In this document: piece after piece, positions 1-8,742 of the stretch
Numbering within the stretch: the first letter of the stretch is position 1
Layout of the letters: each line of letters opens with the position of its first letter
NCBI GenBank assembly: GCA_965233585.1
Contig: CBDDTI010000747.1
Span: 480,001-544,000, forward strand
DNA: 64,000 bases
From: a bacterium
Lineage (GTDB): Bacteria; SAR324; NAC60-12
Direction: 5' to 3'
Notes under the pieces: generated by a model
Seen by the model: only the letters and a program-made list of their open reading frames with translations
The model's database searches: none
What the model was told of the DNA's origin: nothing
Position numbers and translations under genes: made by a program

Positions 1-1
1 A

Positions 2-580
2 GAGCTTGCCTCGCGTTTAAACATCTCTCATATCACAGGCACGGACACCATCAGGCAGATCATGCGGATTATGTTCACTGAAAAAATCTTGCCTTCCCTG
101 CACATGTCCACATTTGAGGCAGAGTATGACAATGCCTGGGCGATGAAGTCAGACCATAGCTTGCTTGCAGGTTATTTGGATCAGGCATCAAAGGTGACGG
201 TCGGAGTCCGTGCCGTTGCAGAACGTGCCATTCGTGAAAACTGCTCTAGTATTGTAGAAGGTGTGCATTTGCTCCCCGCCTTGATGCAGTTTTCAGAACT
301 CAAAAATGACGCCTATCACATTCCTTTAGTCGTGTATTTGAAAGATGAACAGATGCACCATTCACGTTTTGAAATCAGAGAACGACGTGCCAGCAGAAGA
401 CCCTCTAAACATTATCTGAAACAGTTTCAGATGATTCGCCAAATCAATGGATACTTTATTGAACAAGCCGCAAAATTTGGTCTTTCTACCATTGAATGTG
501 GCTCTTTTGACGAAACATGTTTGAACCTGACCAAAGCTGTCATTTCAGAATTACAAAAGCAAAAAAACGCTCTGACTTAA
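2..580 (+). CDS. 2-phosphoglycerate kinase-like P-loop kinase, 5'-partial
   Basis: Frame is open from base 2 (ELASRLNISHITGTDTIRQIMR). The TD..R.IMR, LH.STF, SSIVEGVHLLP and HHSRF..R motifs match the 2-PGK family. Confidence 0.7.
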   Translation, partial: ELASRLNISHITGTDTIRQIMRIMFTEKILPSLHMSTFEAEYDNAWAMKSDHSLLAGYLDQASKVTVGVRAVAERAIRENCSSIVEGVHLLPALMQFSELKNDAYHIPLVVYLKDEQMHHSRFEIRERRASRRPSKHYLKQFQMIRQINGYFIEQAAKFGLSTIECGSFDETCLNLTKAVISELQKQKNALT

Positions 581-656
581 ATCCCCTCCTCAATCCGCAA
601 AGCCTCTCTCATTTTTACCTGCCCCCTTCAATCAAACGCAATCAGACTTGCAAAAT

Positions 657-772
657 GTCATTGCTCACCTTGAAAAATGTCATTGCTCACCTTGACCCGC
701 AATCTTTCTTTTTCTTAATTTCTCCAAACGACCCCTTGTTTTTTGAGATTCTGAATCAAGTTCTGCAATGAC
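657..772 (+). repeat. REP-like palindromic repeat dimer (REPIN-like, 679-772) preceded by a truncated duplicate arm (657-673)
   Basis: GTCATTGCTCACCTTGACCCGCAATCT ... GAGATTCTGAATCAAGTTCTGCAATGAC. The 22-bp AAAATGTCATTGCTCACCTTGA is tandemly duplicated. Arms, spacer and flanks are similar to 3317-3416 and to the reverse complement of 36335-36419. Confidence 0.85.
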
Positions 773-947
773 GGAAGGAGTTTTGAATCTTCTTGCACGA
801 ATCTTTGTCTCCAACTCAAAAAATCCAAATATTTTTAATTATAGGCTTGTATTTTTTTTTTGTACACAGATACTCTTGGAGTTGTCTTTTTTAAAAGATG
901 AGACAGCGCTTTTAATCTTTTTTAAATCCATCAAAAAGGAGAACGTT

Positions 948-2471
948 ATGAAAAAATTCATCAAACCCTATCTTGTTGCTAGTGTAGCATCATTCACATT
1001 TGCCGCCTGTTCAGGCGATTCAGGCTCTTCCTCTGGAAACACAGGAGACACAAAAGAAGAGACTAAACAAGAGAACACAGAAACAGAATCCCTTGGAACG
1101 TTGGAACAGCTTAAAAAAATTGCCAACATGAACATCACTGATGCCGATGCACTGCTCATCAAAAGGGTGGACGTGTCAAAGATTGCATTGACCCCCAGTC
1201 ATTCCGTGCTTGACACAGAATCCATTGCCAATCAGGGTATGGATTCCCGCCTACGCGGGAATAACGAAAGGGTAGTCGCTGTAACTCCACCTTCAAACAT
1301 GCAAGACAAATTGTTCAAAATGGTTGGAGCAGACACGCAGGAAGTCGTCTATGCCAACAAAGATGGCAAAACGATTGAGTTTTCTCTCAATGCTAAAAAG
1401 ATTCAATCTTTAGAAAGCGGTAAGTTTGCCCTTGTCCACTACGGCACTGATGACGACCGAAACAATGATTACCCCATTGTCACACGCAAAAGTGATGGCA
1501 AAGCATGGCTACTCCCCAAAGGACATGGTGCAAAAGCCAAACTCACTCAAGCTGGCACTAACAGCTATGTTTACATTCACCAAGGCAGGCTGGCAAAACT
1601 CACTCTTGACGATGCGGATGCTGCAAAGGCTAGCTTTTTGACTACTGACTTAAAGTTGAGGGGTGTCAGAGGTGACTTTAAGGAGAAATTACCAAGATTC
1701 AAAAATGTGACAGTCACTCAGGAATATTTAATCAGTGATTCTGGCAAAATTAAGAAACATAAGGGGAAATTCTCTTGCCTCCACAAATCGGGTATGAACG
1801 CTTCAAGTGAGGGATTCTTGTGTGGTCGTTTAGTAGAACGGAATGAAGCACAGAAGCAGCAGAAAGCTTCTGTGATAGAAGTCAAGTTTGATTCCAATTT
1901 AGAGATGGCAAGCACAACGACTGTTTATTCGTTCCCTAGTGGGTTCAGCGCAGGTCACGACCATCAAGGTCTGGTGTCTAACATCACAAAAATAGGAAAC
2001 AAAATCATCACTTGGACAAATGGAGTTCTCGGCGAATTTTACATATCAGAAATCAAGCCAACACCACGTATTGTTTTTGAAGCATCATTTCAAGCATCAA
2101 TAAAGGGGGTTCATAGGGGGTTTGATTATGGTTTTGGAGAATATTCTAATCATAAAGGAGTAGTTTTCTCGGGTTTGTCTTTATTTTTTGTCTCCAAAGA
2201 TAAAACCAAACTCTACAAAATAGACCTGACTAAAGACACATACACCGCTCAAGTTTTTTATGACTTCAGTGTGAAGTATAGTTCTTTACATAACTATAAC
2301 AATCAAAAATTCGTAACATTCGGATTTAAAAACAACACGTTCTTTTTTAAAGCTTTTTTGAAAACAGGCGTGCTGGAAGATGCCTACATTGACCTCACTC
2401 AGTCAACTGGAGTTGCCAAAACAGTAGCGTCTCGTGGCATTGAATCTATCCAAATCACCCCCCTGAACTAG
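948..2471 (+). CDS. Uncharacterised surface lipoprotein carrying an in-frame REP insertion
   Basis: AAGGAG precedes ATG 948. Signal peptide MKKFIKPYLVASVASFTFAA-C, then a Ser/Gly/Glu linker and a beta-rich body. The track start at 768 lies inside a repeat. Confidence 0.8.
   Translation: MKKFIKPYLVASVASFTFAACSGDSGSSSGNTGDTKEETKQENTETESLGTLEQLKKIANMNITDADALLIKRVDVSKIALTPSHSVLDTESIANQGMDSRLRGNNERVVAVTPPSNMQDKLFKMVGADTQEVVYANKDGKTIEFSLNAKKIQSLESGKFALVHYGTDDDRNNDYPIVTRKSDGKAWLLPKGHGAKAKLTQAGTNSYVYIHQGRLAKLTLDDADAAKASFLTTDLKLRGVRGDFKEKLPRFKNVTVTQEYLISDSGKIKKHKGKFSCLHKSGMNASSEGFLCGRLVERNEAQKQQKASVIEVKFDSNLEMASTTTVYSFPSGFSAGHDHQGLVSNITKIGNKIITWTNGVLGEFYISEIKPTPRIVFEASFQASIKGVHRGFDYGFGEYSNHKGVVFSGLSLFFVSKDKTKLYKIDLTKDTYTAQVFYDFSVKYSSLHNYNNQKFVTFGFKNNTFFFKAFLKTGVLEDAYIDLTQSTGVAKTVASRGIESIQITPLN
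1198..1265 (+). repeat. REP-like dimer inside coding sequence
   Basis: GTCATTCCGTGCTTGACACAGAATCC-spacer-GGATTCCCGCCTACGCGGGAATAAC. The left arm is identical to the intergenic copy at 36335 over 25 nt. Confidence 0.9.
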
Positions 2472-2483
2472 CTTTGGTTTTTT

Positions 2484-2526
2484 CTTTGACTTCTTTTTGA
2501 GTGTTTAGAAGGAGTCAGAGTTTTTT
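2484..2526 (+). terminator. Probable intrinsic terminator
   Basis: CTTTGACTTCTTTT / AGAAGGAGTCAGAG stem with G-U pairs, followed by T6, just after the lipoprotein stop. Confidence 0.55.
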
Positions 2527-2678
2527 GCCTGTTCCAAATGTCAAAGAGAAAGGCAATCAAACTCGCACATCTCATTCTTCTTTTATTTTCTCTCTGCTTT
2601 GGACTCCTTCTTTTTCTCAAAAAATCTGATAGACTAGACGTTTTTTGCTTTTTAGAATTTTAAAAATAAGAGGTCAAG

Positions 2679-3290
2679 ATGTCAGAACGTTTAGATAGAA
2701 TAGAAAAAATCTTGGAAGAAAACGCCAAACAGCAGGAAGAATTTGGCAAAGGCATGCAGGAGTTGAAAAAACGACAAGAAGAAACGACTTTGCAACTTCA
2801 AGAACTCAAACCAACAGTTGCTAGCATGGTGCGGGGCATTCAGAAGATGGAAAACTTCATCAGCAATACTTCAGAGATTTTAGAAAATCGTCTGTGCCGT
2901 TCTGTGGAACAGGTTATAGAAAAATATGGTTTCATTGAAATCGGTGGCATTCGCTATGACGAAGTGGAACAAAACCTCAAAGGGAAAAATGGCATCACGG
3001 CTCAATACGATCTTGTGTTGTTCAGCAAAACAAAGCATCTGCTTTTGATAGAAGTCAAACGTAAGCCTCATGTTAAGGATTTCCAACAAGTGTTTCGGCA
3101 GAAAGAGACCTTCCCTAAGTTGTTTCCAAGTTATCAAGACTATACAATTCATTGCGGTTTGGCAGGAGAAGTCTTTTATGACGAACTCATCAGTGAGGCA
3201 GAAGAAGAAGGCATTTATCTTTTTCAGGAACAAGCAGGAGAATTGCAGGTCATCACGTCTGCTTCGTTGCAGTTAGAATTGGAAGCATAG
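2679..3290 (+). CDS. Coiled-coil plus PD-(D/E)xK nuclease-like protein (DUF3782-like)
   Basis: GAGG RBS. N-terminal coiled coil, then E.....E, QYDLV...LLIEVK and the C-terminal AEEEGIYLF segment typical of this family. Confidence 0.65.
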   Translation: MSERLDRIEKILEENAKQQEEFGKGMQELKKRQEETTLQLQELKPTVASMVRGIQKMENFISNTSEILENRLCRSVEQVIEKYGFIEIGGIRYDEVEQNLKGKNGITAQYDLVLFSKTKHLLLIEVKRKPHVKDFQQVFRQKETFPKLFPSYQDYTIHCGLAGEVFYDELISEAEEEGIYLFQEQAGELQVITSASLQLELEA

Positions 3291-3316
3291 AATCCTAAAC
3301 ACTGGTTTTGAAAAAT

Positions 3317-3416
3317 GTCATTGTGGACTTGTTCCGCAATCTCTCTTTTATCCTAATTTCTTAATTTCCCCAAACGACTCTTGTTTTTTAAGATTCCTTG
3401 TCAAGCACGGAATGAC
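3317..3416 (+). repeat. REP-like dimer (REPIN-like)
   Basis: GTCATTGTGGACTTGTTCCGCAATCTC ... AGATTCCTTGTCAAGCACGGAATGAC. The spacer TTTCTTAATTTCCCCAAACGACTCTTGTTTTTT nearly matches the spacer of 679-772. Confidence 0.85.
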
Positions 3417-3512
3417 AAAGAGGATTTTGCAGGCTTGTCTTTGGTCGTCATTTCGTCTATTTGCAAGAAACAAAAACAGCCATTCAAGGTTGTATTGTAG
3501 GCGAACAAGGAT

Positions 3513-3977
3513 TTAAACTTGTGCCAGCTTCAAGATGGTTTGAAATTCGTGAGGTTGGACAGGTTGGACAGAAAGGCGACTTCCTTTGCGGAGGAGTTCC
3601 ATGCCTTGCAACTCTGGAATGCCTTTTAAAAAAGGCAAGGAGAGGGGTTTTGGAAACTCTTGCAAAAACTTCACATCAACCATAAACCAGATGGGATTTT
3701 CAAGGGAGCTTTTGGGGTCAAAGTGATGGTCGCTTGGGTCTTCCCATGCTGTATAATCGGGATAAGACTCTTTGACAATTTCTACAACTCCCACAATAGA
3801 AGGATTGATGCGGCTGTGATAAAACAACGCTTGGTCACCTTGTTTCATCTGGTCTCGCATGAAGTTGCGAGCTTGATAATTCCTGACTCCGTCCCAAGAG
3901 TCTGTTTGATCAGGTGAGTTTTGGAGATCAGTGATTGAAAACGCGTTGGGTTCAGATTTTAAAAGCCAATATTGCAT
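3513..3977 (-). CDS. EVE domain protein
   Basis: YWLLKSEP..FS..DL, WDGVRNYQARNFMR and RLSVQPV motifs. Confidence 0.95.
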   Translation of the reverse strand: MQYWLLKSEPNAFSITDLQNSPDQTDSWDGVRNYQARNFMRDQMKQGDQALFYHSRINPSIVGVVEIVKESYPDYTAWEDPSDHHFDPKSSLENPIWFMVDVKFLQEFPKPLSLPFLKGIPELQGMELLRKGSRLSVQPVQPHEFQTILKLAQV

Positions 3978-4028
3978 CAATTTCAGTGAGATGATTTTTT
4001 GGTCAAATCATTTCTTTTTGAGATGATT

Positions 4029-5243
4029 TCAAGGGATTTGATTACGTTTAACCGCTTCTTGGTAGTCAGAGTTGTTAGGGTTCAGTTGCAACACGTCTTG
4101 GTAATACCTCAACGCTTGGGCGCGCTCCCCCACAGACTCGTAAGCTAAGGCAAGGTTAAACAAATCTGCTTCTGTTCGGTCAGGTAGATTTTCCAGACGG
4201 TTGATTGCTTTTTCGTAGGCATTGCCATTCATCAAATTGACAGCAACGGCATCTCCAGATGCCACAGGCAAGATGATTTCTTCATTATAAGGTGCAATTT
4301 TTTTGCGATATTGATCAACAATTTTTTGAGCCAGACGATACTGAACAGCTAGCGACGTCTCAGGAACAGTGTTGTCATCTTTTAAATTTCTGCCTTCTGC
4401 AAGGAACTGTTCGGGGTCTTCTAATGCTAATTGTGTTGATTCAATTTCTGACAACAGAAAATCAACAGCAGACTCTTCTGTGCCATAATGTTCCAAAATT
4501 TGCGTTTGCAACTTTTTAGGGGCGTGACTATGAGAGCCTTGAAGCAAACCACCTTGAGTGCCACCCCATTTTTTTAAGTAATAATTTGTCAAAGTTTGGG
4601 GGGGGACAAGGTCAACGCCATCACTTTTACGTTTCAAAAACAACGTGGTCTCCAATGCCGCAATCTTTTCTACATAAGGCACAGGGGCATCAAAACCATC
4701 TCCGTTGGCTTCCAATCCTGTCACCACGCCAAAAACAGCTACTTCAAGTTGTGCTTTCTGAAGGATTTGCAAATTCTCACGTTTGGCAATCAAAATAAAC
4801 GACATCGTTTCAGCATCTTGTCCTGTAAATTCAAAGTAACGAACCTTTGCAGTCAAAACGGCGGTCTTATCGGGGTCATTCACAACACCATTGACAGAGG
4901 CGTTGGCATCAAGCAATCGGTAGCTTCCAGATTCTGCCAACGCTTCCAAAGTCAGTGACCGCAACACATCAGCGGCTTTGGCATTGGAAACAAACTGATT
5001 GACTTGTGGGGTCAGTTGCTTGTCCTTGCTTTCTTGTACCTCTTGTTCGGTCAATTCCACAGGTTGGGAAGGTAAGGCGATGGGGGCCTGCATCTCATCT
5101 TCAAAAGTTGCAAGCTCAATCGTTTCTATGGTTTCAAAGGGAATTTGCGGAGGTTGTGTGACATAAAATGTGACTTCTTGCGAAGCACAAGCCATCATCA
5201 AAGAACTGATGCCTACTGTAAAAATCCAATTTAATTTTGCCAT
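4029..5243 (-). CDS. Lipoprotein with C-terminal TPR (paralog 3 of operon)
   Basis: Lipobox LMMA-C. C-terminal AYEKAINRLE...DLFNLALAYESVGE is shared with 5484-6626. Confidence 0.8.
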   Translation of the reverse strand: MAKLNWIFTVGISSLMMACASQEVTFYVTQPPQIPFETIETIELATFEDEMQAPIALPSQPVELTEQEVQESKDKQLTPQVNQFVSNAKAADVLRSLTLEALAESGSYRLLDANASVNGVVNDPDKTAVLTAKVRYFEFTGQDAETMSFILIAKRENLQILQKAQLEVAVFGVVTGLEANGDGFDAPVPYVEKIAALETTLFLKRKSDGVDLVPPQTLTNYYLKKWGGTQGGLLQGSHSHAPKKLQTQILEHYGTEESAVDFLLSEIESTQLALEDPEQFLAEGRNLKDDNTVPETSLAVQYRLAQKIVDQYRKKIAPYNEEIILPVASGDAVAVNLMNGNAYEKAINRLENLPDRTEADLFNLALAYESVGERAQALRYYQDVLQLNPNNSDYQEAVKRNQIP

Positions 5244-5270
5244 GTTGTTTTTTAATTATTTTTTAATCAT

Positions 5271-5444
5271 TTAACGACCTTCTAAAGTGAGTGAAACGAT
5301 GCAGCAATAGACTTCGCCTTCGCCCCTTGTTTCTTTTTCAATAGTTAAAGTTTGCACTTTTTTATAACGATGCCCCTTCATCCACTCTTTCACTTTTTCA
5401 CAAAGCTCCTTCATCGTCTCCGCTTCAAAATATTCAATCTCCAT
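5271..5444 (-). CDS. Small uncalled protein, 57 aa (MEIEYFEAETMKELCEKVKEWMKGHRYKKVQTLTIEKETRGEGEVYCCIVSLTLEGR)
   Basis: Perfect AGGAGG 8 nt upstream of ATG. Fills the gap between two co-oriented genes. Below the 60-aa cut-off of the ORF track. Confidence 0.75.
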   Translation of the reverse strand: MEIEYFEAETMKELCEKVKEWMKGHRYKKVQTLTIEKETRGEGEVYCCIVSLTLEGR

Positions 5445-5483
5445 GGGGCTGACCTCCTATCATTTTCATTTTGTGATGTGATT

Positions 5484-6626
5484 TTAGTTTTGCTGATTCA
5501 GCTGGTCTCGGACTTGGCGGTAGTCTCTTTTAAGCCGTTCAATGCGTCCAACACCTTTGGCAAAGGTTAAATTAGCAGGGTCTGAATTGAGTGCCTCATC
5601 GTATGCCACACTAGCAAGCCCATATTCTCCAATGGCTTCATAGGACAATCCCAAATTATATTGGTCATCAGCACTGCGTGTCTCCAAAGCATTCAATCGT
5701 TCAATCGCTTTTTCATAAGCACCTGCTTTCATTAAAGCCAATGCTTGTGAATCACCACCTGCCAATGCAATATTGAGAGTTGTTGTAGAAATCGCAACAT
5801 CTTTCATAAATTGAGCAGAGACAGATTCTGCCATGTCAGCAACAGCTTGCTCAAAACTTGGCAGGGCATTGTCAGATTCTTCAATCTCAATCTCATCTTC
5901 TGCCGTTTCTTGGTTTGCGGACACAGCCAATCCTTGTGCTTGTTTTGCACCATCAGCGATTTGGTCCATCAATCCTTTGGGTTTACCCCCAATTTTATGA
6001 CGAAAAGAACGAATGTCAGTAGAGACAGCAAGTAATTCTGTGGGTTCAAGTTTAATCATTCTTAATGAAACCCCAAGCGAACCATTCATGCTTTTATACG
6101 GAAAAAATGCCACAGCATCAACGGTATAAGCAGGGTCATTTTCCCCTTGTCCTCTTAAAATATACTTCAATGCCACTTTGTCTAACTCTGACCCATCAAA
6201 ATGACTGACATCAATCCAAACATCTCCTTCAATAATAGCGTCCACTTGTTCAGTACGGAACCCCCCTGCAGAAATTGTCTCTTGAATGGCTTGATTATTG
6301 TCTAATTCAGACAATTTATCAGAATAGACCACTTCAAACGATGGAGATTTGGAAATAAAATTGACAACTTTACCCCTCACCAATCTTGCCATCGCTTGAC
6401 GTTGTTCTTGAGAAAAAGGCACTTCTTGCACCTGCCAACTTCCGTTGCGTTCTACTAACTGACGATAGCGAAAATTTTTGATTTTGAATTGAGTCACCAC
6501 CACCCTTTGAATGCCTGAAGTATTGATTTTGGCAGGTTTTGCAACCTCCAGTTTGACTTTTGAAACACATCCTGCAAGCAAGACAAGGGCAACTAAAAAT
6601 GTGGGCTTAAAAAATTTATGAGTCAT
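5484..6626 (-). CDS. Lipoprotein with CsgG/TolB-N-like alpha/beta domain and C-terminal TPR (paralog 2)
   Basis: Lipobox LLAG-C; V.KPA.I...GI..VVV..F start; TPR QYNLGLSYEAIGEY. Confidence 0.75.
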   Translation of the reverse strand: MTHKFFKPTFLVALVLLAGCVSKVKLEVAKPAKINTSGIQRVVVTQFKIKNFRYRQLVERNGSWQVQEVPFSQEQRQAMARLVRGKVVNFISKSPSFEVVYSDKLSELDNNQAIQETISAGGFRTEQVDAIIEGDVWIDVSHFDGSELDKVALKYILRGQGENDPAYTVDAVAFFPYKSMNGSLGVSLRMIKLEPTELLAVSTDIRSFRHKIGGKPKGLMDQIADGAKQAQGLAVSANQETAEDEIEIEESDNALPSFEQAVADMAESVSAQFMKDVAISTTTLNIALAGGDSQALALMKAGAYEKAIERLNALETRSADDQYNLGLSYEAIGEYGLASVAYDEALNSDPANLTFAKGVGRIERLKRDYRQVRDQLNQQN

Positions 6627-6631
6627 TGCAC

Positions 6632-7855
6632 TTAATTGGAATTGTTGGAATTGGAAGATTGATTGGATTTTTTAAGGGAACGTAAAGCCTTTTCAAGCCG
6701 TCCGAGAGACTTGGCATAAGATGCTTTGGGTGAAAGGTCAAAGGCTTGAGAGTAAAGCCGTCTGGCATCATCTAAGTCTTCTTGAGTGATTGCCGTTGCC
6801 TCAAGAGTCAGTCCTAAATGATAAAGGTCTGCATCTGATGGCGATTCTAGGTCTTCCAACAACTGCCTTGCTTGGTCAAACTTTCCTGCCCGTAATTCAT
6901 CAGCGGCAGTGCCTGCATCATCTATTTCTACTTCAATAGAAATTCGGTAAGGCGTCACATCACGAATAAACGGACGAAGCGTTTTGGTCACAATTTTTTG
7001 CCTGATTTGATTCATCTCTTGTTCTGGAATGTCATCAGGTTCTGGAGCAACCCAATTATAAAAACGACCGATGTTTGACCCCACATTAGAGCCTTGAACT
7101 AAGGCAAGCCTTTTGGGCATTGGTGCAACAAGAATCGTTTGAATCAAGGGCATGATGATAAAAGCCCCTTCGCTGGACTCTCTCACATTCGCATAAGACG
7201 AACTTTCAGGATAATGTCTGCTAAAGCCTGCAGATTCAGAACGAATCAAAAGAGTCGTGCGGTCTGTTCCTAATTGAGTCATGGAAAGGTTCACTTGCAA
7301 AAACAGCGAGACATTTTTGTATTTGTAAATACGAATCACTTCATCAATGGGAGCGCCTCCTGTTGCAAGCTCAATGATGGCTTCTGTTGCGATTGAGGCA
7401 ACATCAGGTTTTTTACACAAAAATCCACGACCACTTACGGTAATTCCTTGTTCTGAAGTTGTTCCACTAGCCACCGCACCACCAATGCCAGACAATCCAC
7501 CTTTGCAAACTGCCTTTTCTGTCATTTGACCTGAAACTACTCCACCGCCACTAACTACATCGCCTTGAATTACAGCGACAACTTCAGTATTTGGGTCAAA
7601 GCCTGTTGGCTCTCCAATGAAAACCTGATAACGACCCAGCTTGGAAAGCTCTGTCTGCAATTCTTTAATCACTTGGGCTTTAAACCCAAACTGATCATTG
7701 GAACTTTCAATCAGATTTTCAGGAATGAAGACTTTGCTAATAGATTTTGGAATGTTCAAATTCCCTAGACGTTGAACTTGGAATGTCTCAGCAAGTGCAA
7801 TTGACCAAGACGAAATAAACAGACTGATGAGAAGGCTAATGTGAAGTTTAAGCAT
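6632..7855 (-). CDS. Exported protein with C-terminal TPR (paralog 1)
   Basis: Sec signal ending IALA. Same layout as its neighbours; TPR ADLYHLGLTLEA. Confidence 0.75.
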   Translation of the reverse strand: MLKLHISLLISLFISSWSIALAETFQVQRLGNLNIPKSISKVFIPENLIESSNDQFGFKAQVIKELQTELSKLGRYQVFIGEPTGFDPNTEVVAVIQGDVVSGGGVVSGQMTEKAVCKGGLSGIGGAVASGTTSEQGITVSGRGFLCKKPDVASIATEAIIELATGGAPIDEVIRIYKYKNVSLFLQVNLSMTQLGTDRTTLLIRSESAGFSRHYPESSSYANVRESSEGAFIIMPLIQTILVAPMPKRLALVQGSNVGSNIGRFYNWVAPEPDDIPEQEMNQIRQKIVTKTLRPFIRDVTPYRISIEVEIDDAGTAADELRAGKFDQARQLLEDLESPSDADLYHLGLTLEATAITQEDLDDARRLYSQAFDLSPKASYAKSLGRLEKALRSLKKSNQSSNSNNSN

Positions 7856-7874
7856 GTTTTAGAATGGTAGGGGG

Positions 7875-8741
7875 TTAAAATCCTCTAATTTTGCGGAGTG
7901 CAGAATCCACAGCATTGCGTATTCTGTCATCTTCATGTTGTGAAAGTGGCTCAAGTGTAGAAGTTGCCCTGCCATCTTTTAAGTTTCCTAGCACTACAAT
8001 ATGAGCCTCAATGACAGGAATTTCATTGGAGTCAAGTGATTTTTTCAGACTGGTTAAGGTAGGATCAACTGCACGACTGCCAAGTTTAGACAATGCCTCT
8101 ACAATTTGCTCCCGCACTTCTATATCCTGCAAATAGGGCAACATCAAAACAGCAACTCGGGGATTCTTGACCTTGACCAGTATTTCAAAGCTAGCCTTGT
8201 TCTCAAAAAAAGATTTGCCTTTGAGCGTGTTGATGATGGAATCAGCAACAGTGGGTCCAACCTGAATCAAAACAGCAGTAAATTTCTCACGGTCTTTTTG
8301 ATACGCACCAGACCCGTATCGTTCTACTAGCTCATCAATCGCATTTTTTCCATATTCTCTAAAGGCAAACCCCAATGCTTTGGCAGTGTCATCATCATTG
8401 ACGACAGAAACAAGGTCTAACAAGTCATTCACAGCGGGTTGGTATTGAATTTGACCAAGTGCCATGATGGCTTCACGTCTGACTTCCTGATTCGCATCTT
8501 TTAGTCGTTTTCTCAAAGCACTGCCTGCTTCAGCCTTGCCGATTCTCCTGACTAATTTGATGGCACGCAATCTGATTTTGGCATCATCATCTTCCAACAA
8601 ACTGACTGCCATCTCAAAGGCTTCGTCTGTTTCTTCGTCATAGTAAAGTTGTTCTGCTTTTTCAATACTCACGCAAGCACTTAGCAGAATTAACGTTGCA
8701 ATGAAAAACAGAAAACTTTGTAAATTTTTGTAAAATTTCAT
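7875..8741 (-). CDS. HEAT-repeat lipoprotein
   Basis: Lipobox LLSA-C; repeats LEDDDAKIRLRAIKLV, LKDANQEVRREAIMALGQI, EDDRIRNAVDSALRKI. Confidence 0.85.
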   Translation of the reverse strand: MKFYKNLQSFLFFIATLILLSACVSIEKAEQLYYDEETDEAFEMAVSLLEDDDAKIRLRAIKLVRRIGKAEAGSALRKRLKDANQEVRREAIMALGQIQYQPAVNDLLDLVSVVNDDDTAKALGFAFREYGKNAIDELVERYGSGAYQKDREKFTAVLIQVGPTVADSIINTLKGKSFFENKASFEILVKVKNPRVAVLMLPYLQDIEVREQIVEALSKLGSRAVDPTLTSLKKSLDSNEIPVIEAHIVVLGNLKDGRATSTLEPLSQHEDDRIRNAVDSALRKIRGF

Positions 8742-8742
8742 T

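Noticed and set aside
4598..4605. G8 tract in a TPR lipoprotein gene, and C8 at 22167-22174 in lpxA, as phase-variation sites
   Set aside because: Both genes are in frame, the tracts are mid-gene, and lpxA is housekeeping. They show that 8-mers arise by chance here, which tempers the 37868 claim.
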